The notes under the pieces: generated by a model | Database searches by the model: none | The model's input: the letters and a program-made list of their open reading frames with translations, nothing else | What the model was told of the DNA's origin: nothing | Translations under genes and position numbers: made by a program | Shown: one piece after another, positions 42,363 through 52,950 of the stretch | Numbering within the stretch: position 1 is the stretch's first letter | Layout of the letters: each line of letters starts with the position of its first letter | Origin: an uncultured Clostridia bacterium | Lineage (GTDB): Bacteria > Bacillota_I > Bacilli_A > RF39 > UBA660 | NCBI GenBank assembly: GCA_946409545.1 | Contig: CAMJWT010000009.1 | Coordinates: forward strand, 4,194-68,193 | Reading direction: 5' to 3' | Length of the DNA: 64,000 nucleotides

Positions 42363-43192
42363 ATCTCCTCTATTACCTCTAAAACAATATCATTAGATGT
42401 TGATGCTCCAGCCATAATTCCTACCTTATCAGATTCATTGAAACGAAAATTAATATCATCTTTATTTTCTATTAAATATGTCTCACAATGATCTATTGAT
42501 AAATTATATAGTTCTTTAGTGTTAGAGCTATTCTTTCCCCCTATTATAACCATTTTATCAACATTTTTTGACAATTCTACAACTTCTTTTTGCCGTAGGT
42601 TTGTCGCATTACAGATTGATTTATTAACTATAATATCAATGTTATTAAACTTGTTTTTTATTTTATCAACTAAAATATCAAAATCTTTATTATTAAAAGT
42701 CGTTTGCGAAATAATATATATATCCTTTCTTTTACTATTAATAAACTCTTTATAACAGCCATCAATATCATTTTCATTTGATATAACATAAGCATATTTA
42801 CAATGACCTTTAGTACCAATTACTTCAGGATGATCATGTTTACCAATAATTATAATAAAAGAATCATTATGTTTTAAAACATCTTTATGAATTATTTTAA
42901 TCTTGCCACAAGTTAAATCAATAATATCTAAATTCTTTTCTTTAGCTTTTTCATAAATATCTAGACTTTCTCCATGAGCTCTAATTATAACTTTAGAATT
43001 ATCTGGTATTTCAAGAATATCATTCACTGTTATCATACCTTTTTCTTCTAATGACGCTACTACATCTTTATTATGAACAATCTCTCCTAAACAATAAATA
43101 GGATGAAATTTAGATAGTTCTTCAATAGCCTTATCAATAGTATATTTAACACCGTTACAAAATCCAGAGTTTTTACCAATAATTATTTCCAT
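42341..43192 (-). CDS. ispH: 4-hydroxy-3-methylbut-2-enyl diphosphate reductase (LytB/IspH)
   Basis: MEIIIGKNSGFCNGVKYTI, conserved Cys residues and a HNK motif are present. 283 aa. Confidence 0.85.
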   Translation of the reverse strand: MEIIIGKNSGFCNGVKYTIDKAIEELSKFHPIYCLGEIVHNKDVVASLEEKGMITVNDILEIPDNSKVIIRAHGESLDIYEKAKEKNLDIIDLTCGKIKIIHKDVLKHNDSFIIIIGKHDHPEVIGTKGHCKYAYVISNENDIDGCYKEFINSKRKDIYIISQTTFNNKDFDILVDKIKNKFNNIDIIVNKSICNATNLRQKEVVELSKNVDKMVIIGGKNSSNTKELYNLSIDHCETYLIENKDDINFRFNESDKVGIMAGASTSNDIVLEVIEEIKKTTLK

Positions 43193-43252
43193 AATATCAC
43201 CAACGTAATTATCATATATAATATATAATAAAAAAACAAGACTAAGTCTTGT

Positions 43253-44050
43253 TTATTTTGTTGGTACAATTTTTACTTCTGGTTCTTCTTCTATAATTTC
43301 ACGAATAGATTCAATAACTGGACGTTTACCTTCTTCAAGTAATTCATCTTCTTCTGTTGCATATTTCTTCATTACTTTATCAAGAATATCCATACCTTCA
43401 ACAACTTTACCAAATGCTGCATAATTACCATCTAAATAAGTAGAATCAGTTGTTACAATAAAGAATTGGGTTGAAGCACTATTAGGATCGTCACCACGAG
43501 CCATTGATATTGTTCCTCTTACGTGACTTATATCATTCTTATGACCATTTGTTTCAAACTCACCTTCAATATAATTACCGTTATCACCAGTACCATTTCC
43601 AAGAGGATCTCCACCTTGCATCATGAAATCTTTTAAAATACGATGGAATGATAAATTATCATAAAAACCACTATTAGCTAAATCAATGAAGTTAGTTACG
43701 GTGATAGGAGCTTTATCAGCATCAAGTTCTAATTTAACACTACCAAAATCCTTAATTGTTAATTGAGCATAAACTTTACCATTACGTAAATTAGAATGAT
43801 CAACACCTTTAATTAAGTTAACAACAACACCAAGGATTACAACAACAGCTATACCAATAATAGCAAAGACTATTTTATGATCCTTCTTTTCTTTAACTTC
43901 TTTAACTTTTATTTCTTCTTTCTTCTCTATTTTCTTAATTTCTTTTTTCTTTGTTTCTACTTTCTTTTCTTCTTTAACTGGTTTTTTAGCTACTGTCTTT
44001 TTTGTTTCTTTTTTAGCAGTTGTTTTACCAGTTTCTTTTTTTGTTGCCAT
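43253..44050 (-). CDS. membrane-anchored cyclophilin-type peptidyl-prolyl cis-trans isomerase
   Basis: The cyclophilin core FHRILKDFMMQGGDP...QFFIV is present. The N-terminus has about 55 aa of Lys/Glu-rich low-complexity sequence followed by a TM (IVFAIIGIAVVVILGVVV). Confidence 0.85.
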   Translation of the reverse strand: MATKKETGKTTAKKETKKTVAKKPVKEEKKVETKKKEIKKIEKKEEIKVKEVKEKKDHKIVFAIIGIAVVVILGVVVNLIKGVDHSNLRNGKVYAQLTIKDFGSVKLELDADKAPITVTNFIDLANSGFYDNLSFHRILKDFMMQGGDPLGNGTGDNGNYIEGEFETNGHKNDISHVRGTISMARGDDPNSASTQFFIVTTDSTYLDGNYAAFGKVVEGMDILDKVMKKYATEEDELLEEGKRPVIESIREIIEEEPEVKIVPTK

Positions 44051-44139
44051 ATATTCCTCCTATGTAAATTATATCATTGATAAAAATAAAAATTATCTTT
44101 TTGACACAATTAAACAAACAAAAAAGTGGATAAATCCAC

Positions 44140-45216
44140 TTATTTTGTATAAACATTATAAATACTAGGTATATATAATACTGTTCCTTCTTTAATATCT
44201 TTTTTATTAATACCATTTACTTCTAATAACATATTAGCGTAATTTTCATCTTCATAAACTAATAATGCTATTTTTTTAATGGTATCATTTCTTTTAACCA
44301 CATAATAGCCATCATTATTTGCAAATGTATTATTTTCAAAATACATTCTCATATCATCAGCACTTGGAAAGAACATGGTACTTGGATTATACACACCATA
44401 ATTAAGAATATTATTAACACCCGCTAAAATAGAAGCATATTTACTTGTTCCATAATACTTTTTAGACATTGTATATAAATCCATTGAGTAATTACCAACT
44501 CTTATTTCATTTAAAGTATCAATACTTGGTAAATAAATAATAAGTCCATTAGCAATCTTCTTTGGATCATCAATATTATTATATATGGCAAGAGCTTCCC
44601 AATAATTACCACTACCATAATTATCTTTAGCTATTTTCCATAAGGTATCAGGATCATTAAAGACATGTTGGTTTTCAACAAATTCTTCTTTCTTATCATC
44701 TTCTCCTTCAAATGTCATATTCATAGCACGTAAATCAAGATAAGAGAATGGTGGAATCATAATTTCTCTTCCGGTTCTAATCTTTCTTGGATTAGTAATA
44801 CCATTAAAATATGCAAGAGGTTTCCAATATTCACCATTTCCATAATAGTCTCTTGCTAGTCTCCATAAAGTATCAGTATCTGTAAACGTATGATAAATAA
44901 TATTATCAACATATCCATAATCATCCTGTCCACAAAAATCTAGTTCACGAATATCATCAGGTAGATATAATACTTGGCCTGCTCTTATATAATTTTCATT
45001 TTCAATACTATTTAAATACGCAAGTTCATCAGAATACGAAATAGTTCCATATTTTCTTTGTGAAATACCTGTTAATGTATCACCAGGTTGTACAACATAG
45101 CTTTCAGCCACTGCCGCCATTGGACTTAATAACATTCCTCCTACTAAAGCATAACTTGCTATCTTCTTTAATTTTCCTTTGTTAATAAAGTTAATTTTCA
45201 TAACACACCTCCCCAA
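44140..45216 (-). CDS. secreted LysM-domain protein (4 LysM-like repeats)
   Basis: A signal peptide is followed by YVVQPGDTLTGIS, then DTLWRLARDYYGNGEYW, DTLWKIAKDNYGSGNYW and YVVKRNDTIKKIA LysM-like repeats. Confidence 0.72.
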   Translation of the reverse strand: MGRCVMKINFINKGKLKKIASYALVGGMLLSPMAAVAESYVVQPGDTLTGISQRKYGTISYSDELAYLNSIENENYIRAGQVLYLPDDIRELDFCGQDDYGYVDNIIYHTFTDTDTLWRLARDYYGNGEYWKPLAYFNGITNPRKIRTGREIMIPPFSYLDLRAMNMTFEGEDDKKEEFVENQHVFNDPDTLWKIAKDNYGSGNYWEALAIYNNIDDPKKIANGLIIYLPSIDTLNEIRVGNYSMDLYTMSKKYYGTSKYASILAGVNNILNYGVYNPSTMFFPSADDMRMYFENNTFANNDGYYVVKRNDTIKKIALLVYEDENYANMLLEVNGINKKDIKEGTVLYIPSIYNVYTK

Positions 45217-45281
45217 TTAAGAAAAATATCGTATGCATTGGACAAAATCAAAATTCATAATTCTTTAATAATAAAATACCC

Positions 45282-45749
45282 TTGGTGATAAGGATGTATA
45301 ACAATAAATTTAGGATTATTAGAGAAAAAAATGAATTAACAACAAGAATGGTTGCTGACATTTTAGGTATTAGTAAATCAACATATAATTATCTAGAAAA
45401 CAAAAATCAATTTACGATTTCTAATTTAGTAAATTTTTGTAACTACTTTCATGTGTCTAGTGATTATGCTTTAGGATTAACAGATATAAATCAATTTAAT
45501 TCTAAAACTAATTATAAATTTGATTCTAAACTATTTGGTAATAGATTAAAAGAAATACGACTTAAGAACAATTTAACGCAAGCTAAATTAGCAAAACTTT
45601 TAGATATTAATCAATCAATGATTAGTGCTTACGAAAATAATCGTTCTAAAATGCAAGGATATTATCTTTATCCATTATCCAAAACTCTTAAAGTATCATC
45701 AGACTATCTTGTTGGACTATCAAATGTATATAATAGGATCCCTAATTAA
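45282..45749 (+). CDS. XRE-family transcriptional regulator with two helix-turn-helix domains
   Basis: Two Cro/C1-type HTH units are present: LTTRMVADILGISKSTYNYLEN and LTQAKLAKLLDINQSMISAYEN. Confidence 0.7.
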   Translation: MVIRMYNNKFRIIREKNELTTRMVADILGISKSTYNYLENKNQFTISNLVNFCNYFHVSSDYALGLTDINQFNSKTNYKFDSKLFGNRLKEIRLKNNLTQAKLAKLLDINQSMISAYENNRSKMQGYYLYPLSKTLKVSSDYLVGLSNVYNRIPN

Positions 45750-45822
45750 TACACGTATATATTACCACAAAACGTCTTTTTTTTCAATTGATACATGGCT
45801 ATTTTTAAGATATAATTAAATC

Positions 45823-46128
45823 ATGAAATTGATTGTTAATAATAAAGAATTTAATTTAGTGGAAGCAAATACTTTTTTTAAAAAATTAAAAGGATTAATG
45901 TTTAAAAAAGAAATAAAAGAAATTATAGTATTTAAACATTGTTCTAGTATTCATACTTTCTTTATGAAAAGAAATATTGATATCATCTTTTTTGATAAAA
46001 ACAAAAAATTATTAGAAATTCATAAAGATATTAAAAAGAATAAAATAATTATTTGTAAACATGCTTATTACACAATTGAATTATTAAGTAATACTTTAGA
46101 TTTAAATAAAGAAATTAAATTAATATAA
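45823..46128 (+). CDS. DUF192-family protein
   Basis: 101 aa. The pattern KGLMF...IHTFFMKRNIDIIFFD resembles the DUF192 signature (GLMxR...FWMKNT..PLDIxFID). Confidence 0.45.
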   Translation: MKLIVNNKEFNLVEANTFFKKLKGLMFKKEIKEIIVFKHCSSIHTFFMKRNIDIIFFDKNKKLLEIHKDIKKNKIIICKHAYYTIELLSNTLDLNKEIKLI

Positions 46129-46130
46129 AA

Positions 46131-46153
46131 ACTACATATTGGAAATATGTAGT
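46131..46153. terminator. bidirectional terminator between DUF192 gene (+) and giant surface protein gene (-)
   Basis: ACTACATATT-GGA-AATATGTAGT flanked by A- and T-runs. Confidence 0.55.
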
Positions 46154-46161
46154 TTTTTATT

Positions 46162-49100
46162 TTAATTACATTGTAAATGAACTTTTGTATAAACATAACA
46201 GTCAAGACCGTCATCACTACCACAATTTGATGTTGATGTTGTTGAGCCTTTGTAGTAACAAATTGGATGACCTTCAGAACTAATATATGATGCTGATAAA
46301 TTATTACATAATCTATTATCATAGTCACCATCATATCCATATATTTTTTCTCTACTACCTTCACTACAAGAATAAGCTATAGTATCAATAGAACTTTTAG
46401 CCATTATCTTCATCTTTGTACTCATTTTATTACTATTATCAAATGAAACATTTCCACTTTTACGAGTCCAATTTGAGAAATAGTATCGATAGATAGATGA
46501 AGTAGTCTTAACATTTGCACTAATATCATGTTTATAATTACTACTACTTGAACCAGGTCCAAGTAAGATAACACTACTACTAACTTGTTTTCCATTAATC
46601 GTTAATGAGCTAATAGCATCTCGTACATTAACAGATAACGTATAATAATGAACATCACGTGATACTTCGCCATTTGTTGTTGTAACCATTATATTCGTAT
46701 TTTTAAGAGCTGTTTTATTATTATTATCAACACCAGCATATATATAATATGTACCACTTTCAACGTTTTCAAAATCAACTCTTGAAGATGATGCTGTTGC
46801 ACTATATTTTAAAGATCCATTTTTATATAATGCTATTTTTTGTCCACTTGAAGCGTATAAAACACCATCTTTATAAAGTCTTATAGAAATAACATTTTTA
46901 ACAACTTTTTCTTTTATTTCGATTTTTCCACTTCCACATTCTTTATCATTATGAAGGGAATCTCCTTTGATTCTTACATAAACATTTGTTGTACCAACTT
47001 CTGTTCTCGTTGGTTTTGTTGTTGACCATGTACCTGTTGATGAAGTACGGTATTCCAAAGTTCCTCCACTACTTGATGATAATGAAATAGTATGACTATT
47101 ACCATCATAAGTTTCACTATATGAAGTTATAGTTGGACAAACAGGATCTGTTTTTGGTTTCTTAATATAAACATATCTTGTTATTTTTGGACCTGCTGTT
47201 GTGTTGTAATATGGTTCAAAAACAAACATATGAATACCTTCTGTACTGAAATTACTTAATACTGTAATCTCACTAGAATTCATTGCTAATTCAGTTGATG
47301 GTGTACAAGTTGATGCTGTTGTACGACAATATTTTATTTTATTAACATTACCTGTTTTGGAAACTCTAATTGTTGTTGCAGAAACAGAACTTGAATTTAT
47401 TGTAGGTTTGGTTGTTGTTAATCCATTTCCTGTTACACTAATTGTTCCAACTGGCGAAGTAGTATTTGGTACTTCTAAATCAATAAATGTACTTTCACCG
47501 TTATAGTATGCAGTTATTCTTGCCTTACCAGCTCCAACGGCTTTAACTAATCCATTAGATACTGTTGCAACCGTTGTTTTAGAACTTGTCCATGTAACTC
47601 CTGATGTTTTCTTAGCACCATTTACATATAGGAATAGTTGTTCTTCTGTACCTTTAATCATTGATACTCCGGTTCCAACAACAATATTATTTTGATTTCT
47701 AAATTCAAGTCTTGATGGCCCACCAGTATCTGATGCTACGATATCAACATATGTACTCTTTCCATTATAAGTTGCAGTTATTCTTACAGTACCTGTAGAA
47801 ACAATTGTTATTAATCCATTTGATACAGTAGCGACACTTGTTTTGGAACTTGTCCATGTAACTCCTGATGTTTTCTTAGTTCCATTAACATATAAATATA
47901 TTTGTTTTGTATTACCTTTTAATAAATTAATACTAGTAGCAAGAGCTGTATTTGATGTATCTTTTAATACTAAGCTAGTAGGACATGAAGATGAAGTTGT
48001 ATAACTAGACATCAAGACATAATTACTTATACCTAGGAAACTTCCCCATTCATAGTTTGCAGTAGATCCAATTCTAAAGCATCCTTTATTTCCTCTATTA
48101 ATATAGGCCTTACAAGCAGTTTCACCAACAACACTTGTTACATCATTAGTATGGGTTGAATCTTTTTGACCCCATACACAATTACCACTACCATTACAAT
48201 AACATCTATCTGGTGTTGCCCCACCACAGTCACTTTGTTTTTCGATTGTTGATACATATGCATAATTTGTTGGATTATGTAAATAACTTCCCCAAGTATA
48301 ACTTCCATTATGTAAGAAGCATCCAACATTTCCTCGATCTATATATTTTTTACAAACAGTATAACTATTATCCGTAAGTATTGTATATCCATTACCACTT
48401 AATCCCCAACGACATGCTCCACTACTATTACAATAGCAGGCATTAGTATATGCTTCATCAGGAATATAGATATACCAATTATCAGGTCCTCTTACTAAAG
48501 CATTTGCCGCATTATATTCAGACACTCTTACGGTTATCATTCCTCTTGTTGTAATATTATAAACGCCATTATCTAATACTTTAGTTGATGGTGTACAATT
48601 ATCACCTAAACAAACTTTTAAATAACTTACTCCACCATTTACGATATCAAAGGAAACAGTTTGATCTCCTGTCTTAGCATAACTATTAGCAGTACCTGGA
48701 TTATTATATAAATTATTGGAAGTTACTTTATAACCAATTGTTGGTGTAGAACCTCCACCACTACCTTTAATTGTTACATATCTTGTTTCTTCCGTTCCTT
48801 CTTGTCCTTGATAATAAGGAATGGCTTTAATTACATAAACTGTTTTAGCTGTAACTGTTGATGGTGGTAAAGTAAATTCATCAGTATAAATACTATAACT
48901 ACAAGTTGAAGATGTTGCTTTATTATAGAAGCAGAATCTTATTTCATCAACATTACCACTTCCTTTTAAAGTAATCTTCGTACTATCAACTTCATTACCA
49001 TTAACATCTGTTGAAACAGCATTATTTGTTCCTGTAATAACAACACTACCAACTTTCTTGGTTGGTGATCCACCTCCTCCTGGATCCGTTGGATCATCTG

Positions 49101-50343
49101 GTGGATTATATGGTTCATTAACCGTTACATATATTAAACGTTTAATATCTAAATTTGAACTTGGAGATACAGTAATAATTGTACTACCACTTCCAAAGGC
49201 AGATATTGTTCCACTACTATCTACACTTAATACTGTTGGATTATCTACTAAATAAGTAATTACTTGATTTGTAGCATTACTTGGTTCAACAGTAGCAACT
49301 ATTTGCTTTTGTTCTCCAACTTCCATTGTAATATTTGTTTCACTCTCTAAATTTATACCTGTTACTGGTACTTCTCCAGCTAAAACATGAACAACCATTG
49401 TATCACGTAAATCTAAAGAAGAAATGGATATTTCAACATTACCTGCTTTTCTTGCAACTAATTCACCATTTAAGACCGTTGCAATTTCCTCATCAGAACT
49501 AGTCCACAAGATATAATCCGTACTTGCAGTTGCTGGTTCTTGACGATAAGTAAGCATCTTTGTTTCACCTTCAGTTAAAGTTATTTCTTTTTCATCAAAA
49601 GATAAACTAGTTGGTAAAACATATATTCCAGGAACAATTTGTCCATTAATAACACGTGCTTTGATATTTGTTTGAGCTTCGCCATCATTAACCGTAACTC
49701 TTATTGTTGTTTCTCCAATTGCGTTTGCAGTTAATACTCCTGTTTCCATATCAACACTTGCTACATTAGGTTCAGTCGATGAAAAGATTTTACTCTTTAC
49801 CAAAGCTTCACTTGGTGATACTTGTATAGGAACCTCATAAGTTGTACCAACAGGCATTAAGATAATGCCTTCATCCGATATTGTAACTTTTTCTACTTTT
49901 ATTGATGTATCACCTTCAGTAACGGTAACTTCACATTCATGCTTCCGTTTATTATATGTACCTGTTACTGTTGTTTTTCCAACCTTAACGCCTTTAACCA
50001 TACCATTTTTATCAACGGTGGCAATTGATGGATCTTTACTTTCCCATTGAACATTAGTTACATTTTTTCCATCTTTAAGTAAATTTAATTGGCCACTTGT
50101 TTCTGTTGTAATTGTTAAAGTTTTTGATGAAATAGTTACCCCATCATCACTACTACTTGAAAACAAAGACATCAAAATTAATAATACAATTACTAGAACG
50201 GCTATAATAACTAACTTTTTATTTTCTTTCAAAAAGTTTGTTATTTTATCCATAGTAGATACATCACCATCAGCATAATCTGTATCTTCTAATTCTTGCT
50301 CTTCTTCATCATCAATCTCGAATTCATCATCCATACACGACAC
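46162..50343 (-). CDS. giant type II membrane / surface protein with Big_2 domains, duplicated modules and a novel Cys-rich repeat pair
   Basis: 1393 aa. An acidic cytoplasmic N-terminus (DDEFEIDDEEEQELED) is followed by a TM. Big_2 units (VTWTSSKTSVATVSNG) include a recent internal duplicate. Two about 65-aa repeats have the pattern CYCN.SG.C.WG...C.KYI.RGN.GCF...WGS(Y/F)L. Confidence 0.65.
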   Translation of the reverse strand: MSCMDDEFEIDDEEEQELEDTDYADGDVSTMDKITNFLKENKKLVIIAVLVIVLLILMSLFSSSSDDGVTISSKTLTITTETSGQLNLLKDGKNVTNVQWESKDPSIATVDKNGMVKGVKVGKTTVTGTYNKRKHECEVTVTEGDTSIKVEKVTISDEGIILMPVGTTYEVPIQVSPSEALVKSKIFSSTEPNVASVDMETGVLTANAIGETTIRVTVNDGEAQTNIKARVINGQIVPGIYVLPTSLSFDEKEITLTEGETKMLTYRQEPATASTDYILWTSSDEEIATVLNGELVARKAGNVEISISSLDLRDTMVVHVLAGEVPVTGINLESETNITMEVGEQKQIVATVEPSNATNQVITYLVDNPTVLSVDSSGTISAFGSGSTIITVSPSSNLDIKRLIYVTVNEPYNPPDDPTDPGGGGSPTKKVGSVVITGTNNAVSTDVNGNEVDSTKITLKGSGNVDEIRFCFYNKATSSTCSYSIYTDEFTLPPSTVTAKTVYVIKAIPYYQGQEGTEETRYVTIKGSGGGSTPTIGYKVTSNNLYNNPGTANSYAKTGDQTVSFDIVNGGVSYLKVCLGDNCTPSTKVLDNGVYNITTRGMITVRVSEYNAANALVRGPDNWYIYIPDEAYTNACYCNSSGACRWGLSGNGYTILTDNSYTVCKKYIDRGNVGCFLHNGSYTWGSYLHNPTNYAYVSTIEKQSDCGGATPDRCYCNGSGNCVWGQKDSTHTNDVTSVVGETACKAYINRGNKGCFRIGSTANYEWGSFLGISNYVLMSSYTTSSSCPTSLVLKDTSNTALATSINLLKGNTKQIYLYVNGTKKTSGVTWTSSKTSVATVSNGLITIVSTGTVRITATYNGKSTYVDIVASDTGGPSRLEFRNQNNIVVGTGVSMIKGTEEQLFLYVNGAKKTSGVTWTSSKTTVATVSNGLVKAVGAGKARITAYYNGESTFIDLEVPNTTSPVGTISVTGNGLTTTKPTINSSSVSATTIRVSKTGNVNKIKYCRTTASTCTPSTELAMNSSEITVLSNFSTEGIHMFVFEPYYNTTAGPKITRYVYIKKPKTDPVCPTITSYSETYDGNSHTISLSSSSGGTLEYRTSSTGTWSTTKPTRTEVGTTNVYVRIKGDSLHNDKECGSGKIEIKEKVVKNVISIRLYKDGVLYASSGQKIALYKNGSLKYSATASSSRVDFENVESGTYYIYAGVDNNNKTALKNTNIMVTTTNGEVSRDVHYYTLSVNVRDAISSLTINGKQVSSSVILLGPGSSSSNYKHDISANVKTTSSIYRYYFSNWTRKSGNVSFDNSNKMSTKMKIMAKSSIDTIAYSCSEGSREKIYGYDGDYDNRLCNNLSASYISSEGHPICYYKGSTTSTSNCGSDDGLDCYVYTKVHLQCN

Positions 50344-50402
50344 CTCTATTATAATTTTAACATAATTAAATATTTTAACAATAAAAAAATAAAGAAATAT
50401 TT

Positions 50403-50996
50403 TTATTTCTTTATTTTGTTTTTTAAATTAATTAATTCATAAAAAGCAAGACGATTTCCCGCACCATTTATATAATGATTTTCAATCAATTCTTCAATTT
50501 CTTCTATCGTAAACAAATCAAAATTAATATATTCACTATCATCTAAGTTTTGATCTGATACTTTAATTGCATTATCAGCAATAACAATATTAATTGTCGA
50601 ACCATCAATACCTAATGAAGAATAATAACTATCTAAAAGAATAATATCATCTGATTTAAAACCCGTTTCTTCTTGAAGTTCTCTATTAGCAGCCGTTATA
50701 CTATCTTCACCTTCTTCAATATAACCTGATGGGAATTCAACTGATACAATACCATTTATTCTATTTTGAACAACTAGCAAATATTTTTCATCACTTGTTC
50801 TTGCAACAATGATTACCGCTTGTTTACCATTATTTTTCCTTATTCTTTCTCTTTTGATTATTTTTCCGTTAGGAAGTTTATAATCTTCTTCTAAAAGTGT
50901 TATAAAGTTTCCTTTATATAATTCTTTTATATTTATTTTTTCAGCTTTCGTATCATGGATTAAACCTTTAATTCTATTATCTAAATCTTTATTCAT
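50403..50996 (-). CDS. NUDIX hydrolase
   Basis: The Nudix box GYIEEGEDSITAANRELQEETGF is present. Confidence 0.8.
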   Translation of the reverse strand: MNKDLDNRIKGLIHDTKAEKINIKELYKGNFITLLEEDYKLPNGKIIKRERIRKNNGKQAVIIVARTSDEKYLLVVQNRINGIVSVEFPSGYIEEGEDSITAANRELQEETGFKSDDIILLDSYYSSLGIDGSTINIVIADNAIKVSDQNLDDSEYINFDLFTIEEIEELIENHYINGAGNRLAFYELINLKNKIKK

Positions 50997-51003
50997 ATTT
51001 CAC

Positions 51004-51927
51004 CTATAACTTTAGTTTTTTCGTTTTTACAAAACTATCATAATATTCATAATTATTAGTTACTGTTGTAACATCAATATCTCGATTAAAATATTTATCA
51101 AATGAACACATAAAATCTTTAGCAGTAGCAGGAATCTTTGTCCATCCACCATTATATATTAGATATGTTCCTGTAGGTAATTTAACAATCCCTCTAGCTT
51201 CCGCTGGAAAAACATTTCTTCTTGGAGTTAACAATCCTTTATTTTTAGGAAAAATACCTTCTAAGATATTAGGTACTACTCCATTATGATAATGACCTGT
51301 AATTACTAAATTATAATCTTTTAATAATTCTTGATTCATACTACTTTGAATTGGTTCTGGAGAATGATTTAGGAAGATTTTATATTTATCACTAGGTAAA
51401 TCTTTAACTAAAGACTCTTTACTTGATAAATCATTATAGAAAGCAAGATCATCTTCCATATTAGATCCATCTTTAAAATATGCACTTCCTTTTTGAAGAT
51501 AACCACCAACAAAGATATTATCATCAGTATAACTTTGATCTATAAGTATATGCGTATTAGCATCTTTATATTTATCCCAAATCGTTGATATCGTCATTAA
51601 ATCATTTGGTTTATCATAATAATAATCATGATTTCCAAGAATAATAAAAGTTTTACCAATATTATTACAATTCTTAATTAAGACATCAAGTTCAAGTAAT
51701 CTTTTGTCATAAGATAATTCCATTGGTGTATCAACAGTATCTCCCAAGATCATAATATAATCAGGATTAATACTATCAATTAATTTTAATAATTTATCAA
51801 CACTAAACAAGTCAACATTTTTAGATAAATGAATATCACCAACACTTAATATCTTAATATCTTTATTAACACAATCACTATAAAAGGTTGATTCTCTAAC
51901 TTTAACAAAATCACTTGGATAGTTCAT
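51004..51927 (-). CDS. calcineurin-like metallophosphoesterase
   Basis: The motifs VGDIHL, ILGDTVD, GNHD and GHYH are present. Confidence 0.75.
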   Translation of the reverse strand: MNYPSDFVKVRESTFYSDCVNKDIKILSVGDIHLSKNVDLFSVDKLLKLIDSINPDYIMILGDTVDTPMELSYDKRLLELDVLIKNCNNIGKTFIILGNHDYYYDKPNDLMTISTIWDKYKDANTHILIDQSYTDDNIFVGGYLQKGSAYFKDGSNMEDDLAFYNDLSSKESLVKDLPSDKYKIFLNHSPEPIQSSMNQELLKDYNLVITGHYHNGVVPNILEGIFPKNKGLLTPRRNVFPAEARGIVKLPTGTYLIYNGGWTKIPATAKDFMCSFDKYFNRDIDVTTVTNNYEYYDSFVKTKKLKL

Positions 51928-52009
51928 AAACTCCTCCAGTGAATTATTCTATTATATATAAGGCATTATGTCAAAAAATAATAAAAAAACTAAATATTAA
52001 ATTTAGTTT

Positions 52010-52936
52010 TTAAATAACAATAATCAAAATAGAAATAACTAAAATTGTTACAAGAGCAATAGGAACGCGTCCTTTATATTTTTTATACATTGCAACAATT
52101 TCTTTTCTCTTTTTTAAATTATTAACATTTTTACCAATTAGAACTTCTCCTGCTCCCTTATATGACTCAATATCTTCTTTATAAATAGAATTATAACTAG
52201 AATCATGTCCAGCATAAACAGTTTCCGGAATTAACGGATCATACAAACCTAATATTTTAGAACTTTTAAACATAAACCCAATTCCATACCCAAGTAAAAA
52301 TACGATTATTGGATAACCAACATAAGTTTCTTTTAATACTTTCAAAATATCAGGTACAAATAACAAAGCTGAAACAAGAATAATAGCTGGAATTAAGCCA
52401 AAGCCTAGATATACTTTTCTTATTACCATTGACCTTTTTTCAATAACTTTATCATATCTTGGTCGTGCATTAAGAACCTTATTCTTTATTAATTCATAAA
52501 CATCCTTAATATGATTGTCATCTTTCTTTATTGATACATCTACTTCCATTTTATATTCTCTAACATAAATAGATATACTTTGATAAATAACATCATAACT
52601 CCAACTACCATCTGTTTTTGCAGAATACGAATAACTAAAGTAAACAGAAAAGTCTTTGATGTCTTCTAATCGATTATGAAAAACTGTAATGAAATCAATA
52701 TAATTATCTAATTTAACACTTGAAGAATCATAAAAAGAAACATCAAAATTCAATTTGCTTCCTTCATCTTTTAAATCCCATCTTTGATATTGTCTTTCTA
52801 ATATTTCATTATTTTTTTCAACATTTTTTGTTACTTTTTCTATTTCGATAATCTTTTCATTCATTAAAGCAATTATATCTTCAATATCAGAAGCTTGAAT
52901 AATTTTATTAGAAATAGATAAAGAATCTTTATACAT
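52010..52936 (-). CDS. hypothetical membrane protein (cytoplasmic N-domain + 3 TM)
   Basis: 308 aa. A soluble N-terminal region of about 170 aa is followed by TMs at about residues 180-200, 210-232 and 290-308. Confidence 0.4.
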   Translation of the reverse strand: MYKDSLSISNKIIQASDIEDIIALMNEKIIEIEKVTKNVEKNNEILERQYQRWDLKDEGSKLNFDVSFYDSSSVKLDNYIDFITVFHNRLEDIKDFSVYFSYSYSAKTDGSWSYDVIYQSISIYVREYKMEVDVSIKKDDNHIKDVYELIKNKVLNARPRYDKVIEKRSMVIRKVYLGFGLIPAIILVSALLFVPDILKVLKETYVGYPIIVFLLGYGIGFMFKSSKILGLYDPLIPETVYAGHDSSYNSIYKEDIESYKGAGEVLIGKNVNNLKKRKEIVAMYKKYKGRVPIALVTILVISILIIVI

Positions 52937-52950
52937 AATCTACCTCCTTT

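Noticed and set aside
43877-44216. ORFs 43877-44080 (+) and 44025-44216 (-) with Phe/Leu-rich products
   Set aside because: They overlap the KE-rich low-complexity 5' part of the cyclophilin gene and its promoter region. The products are low-complexity artifacts.
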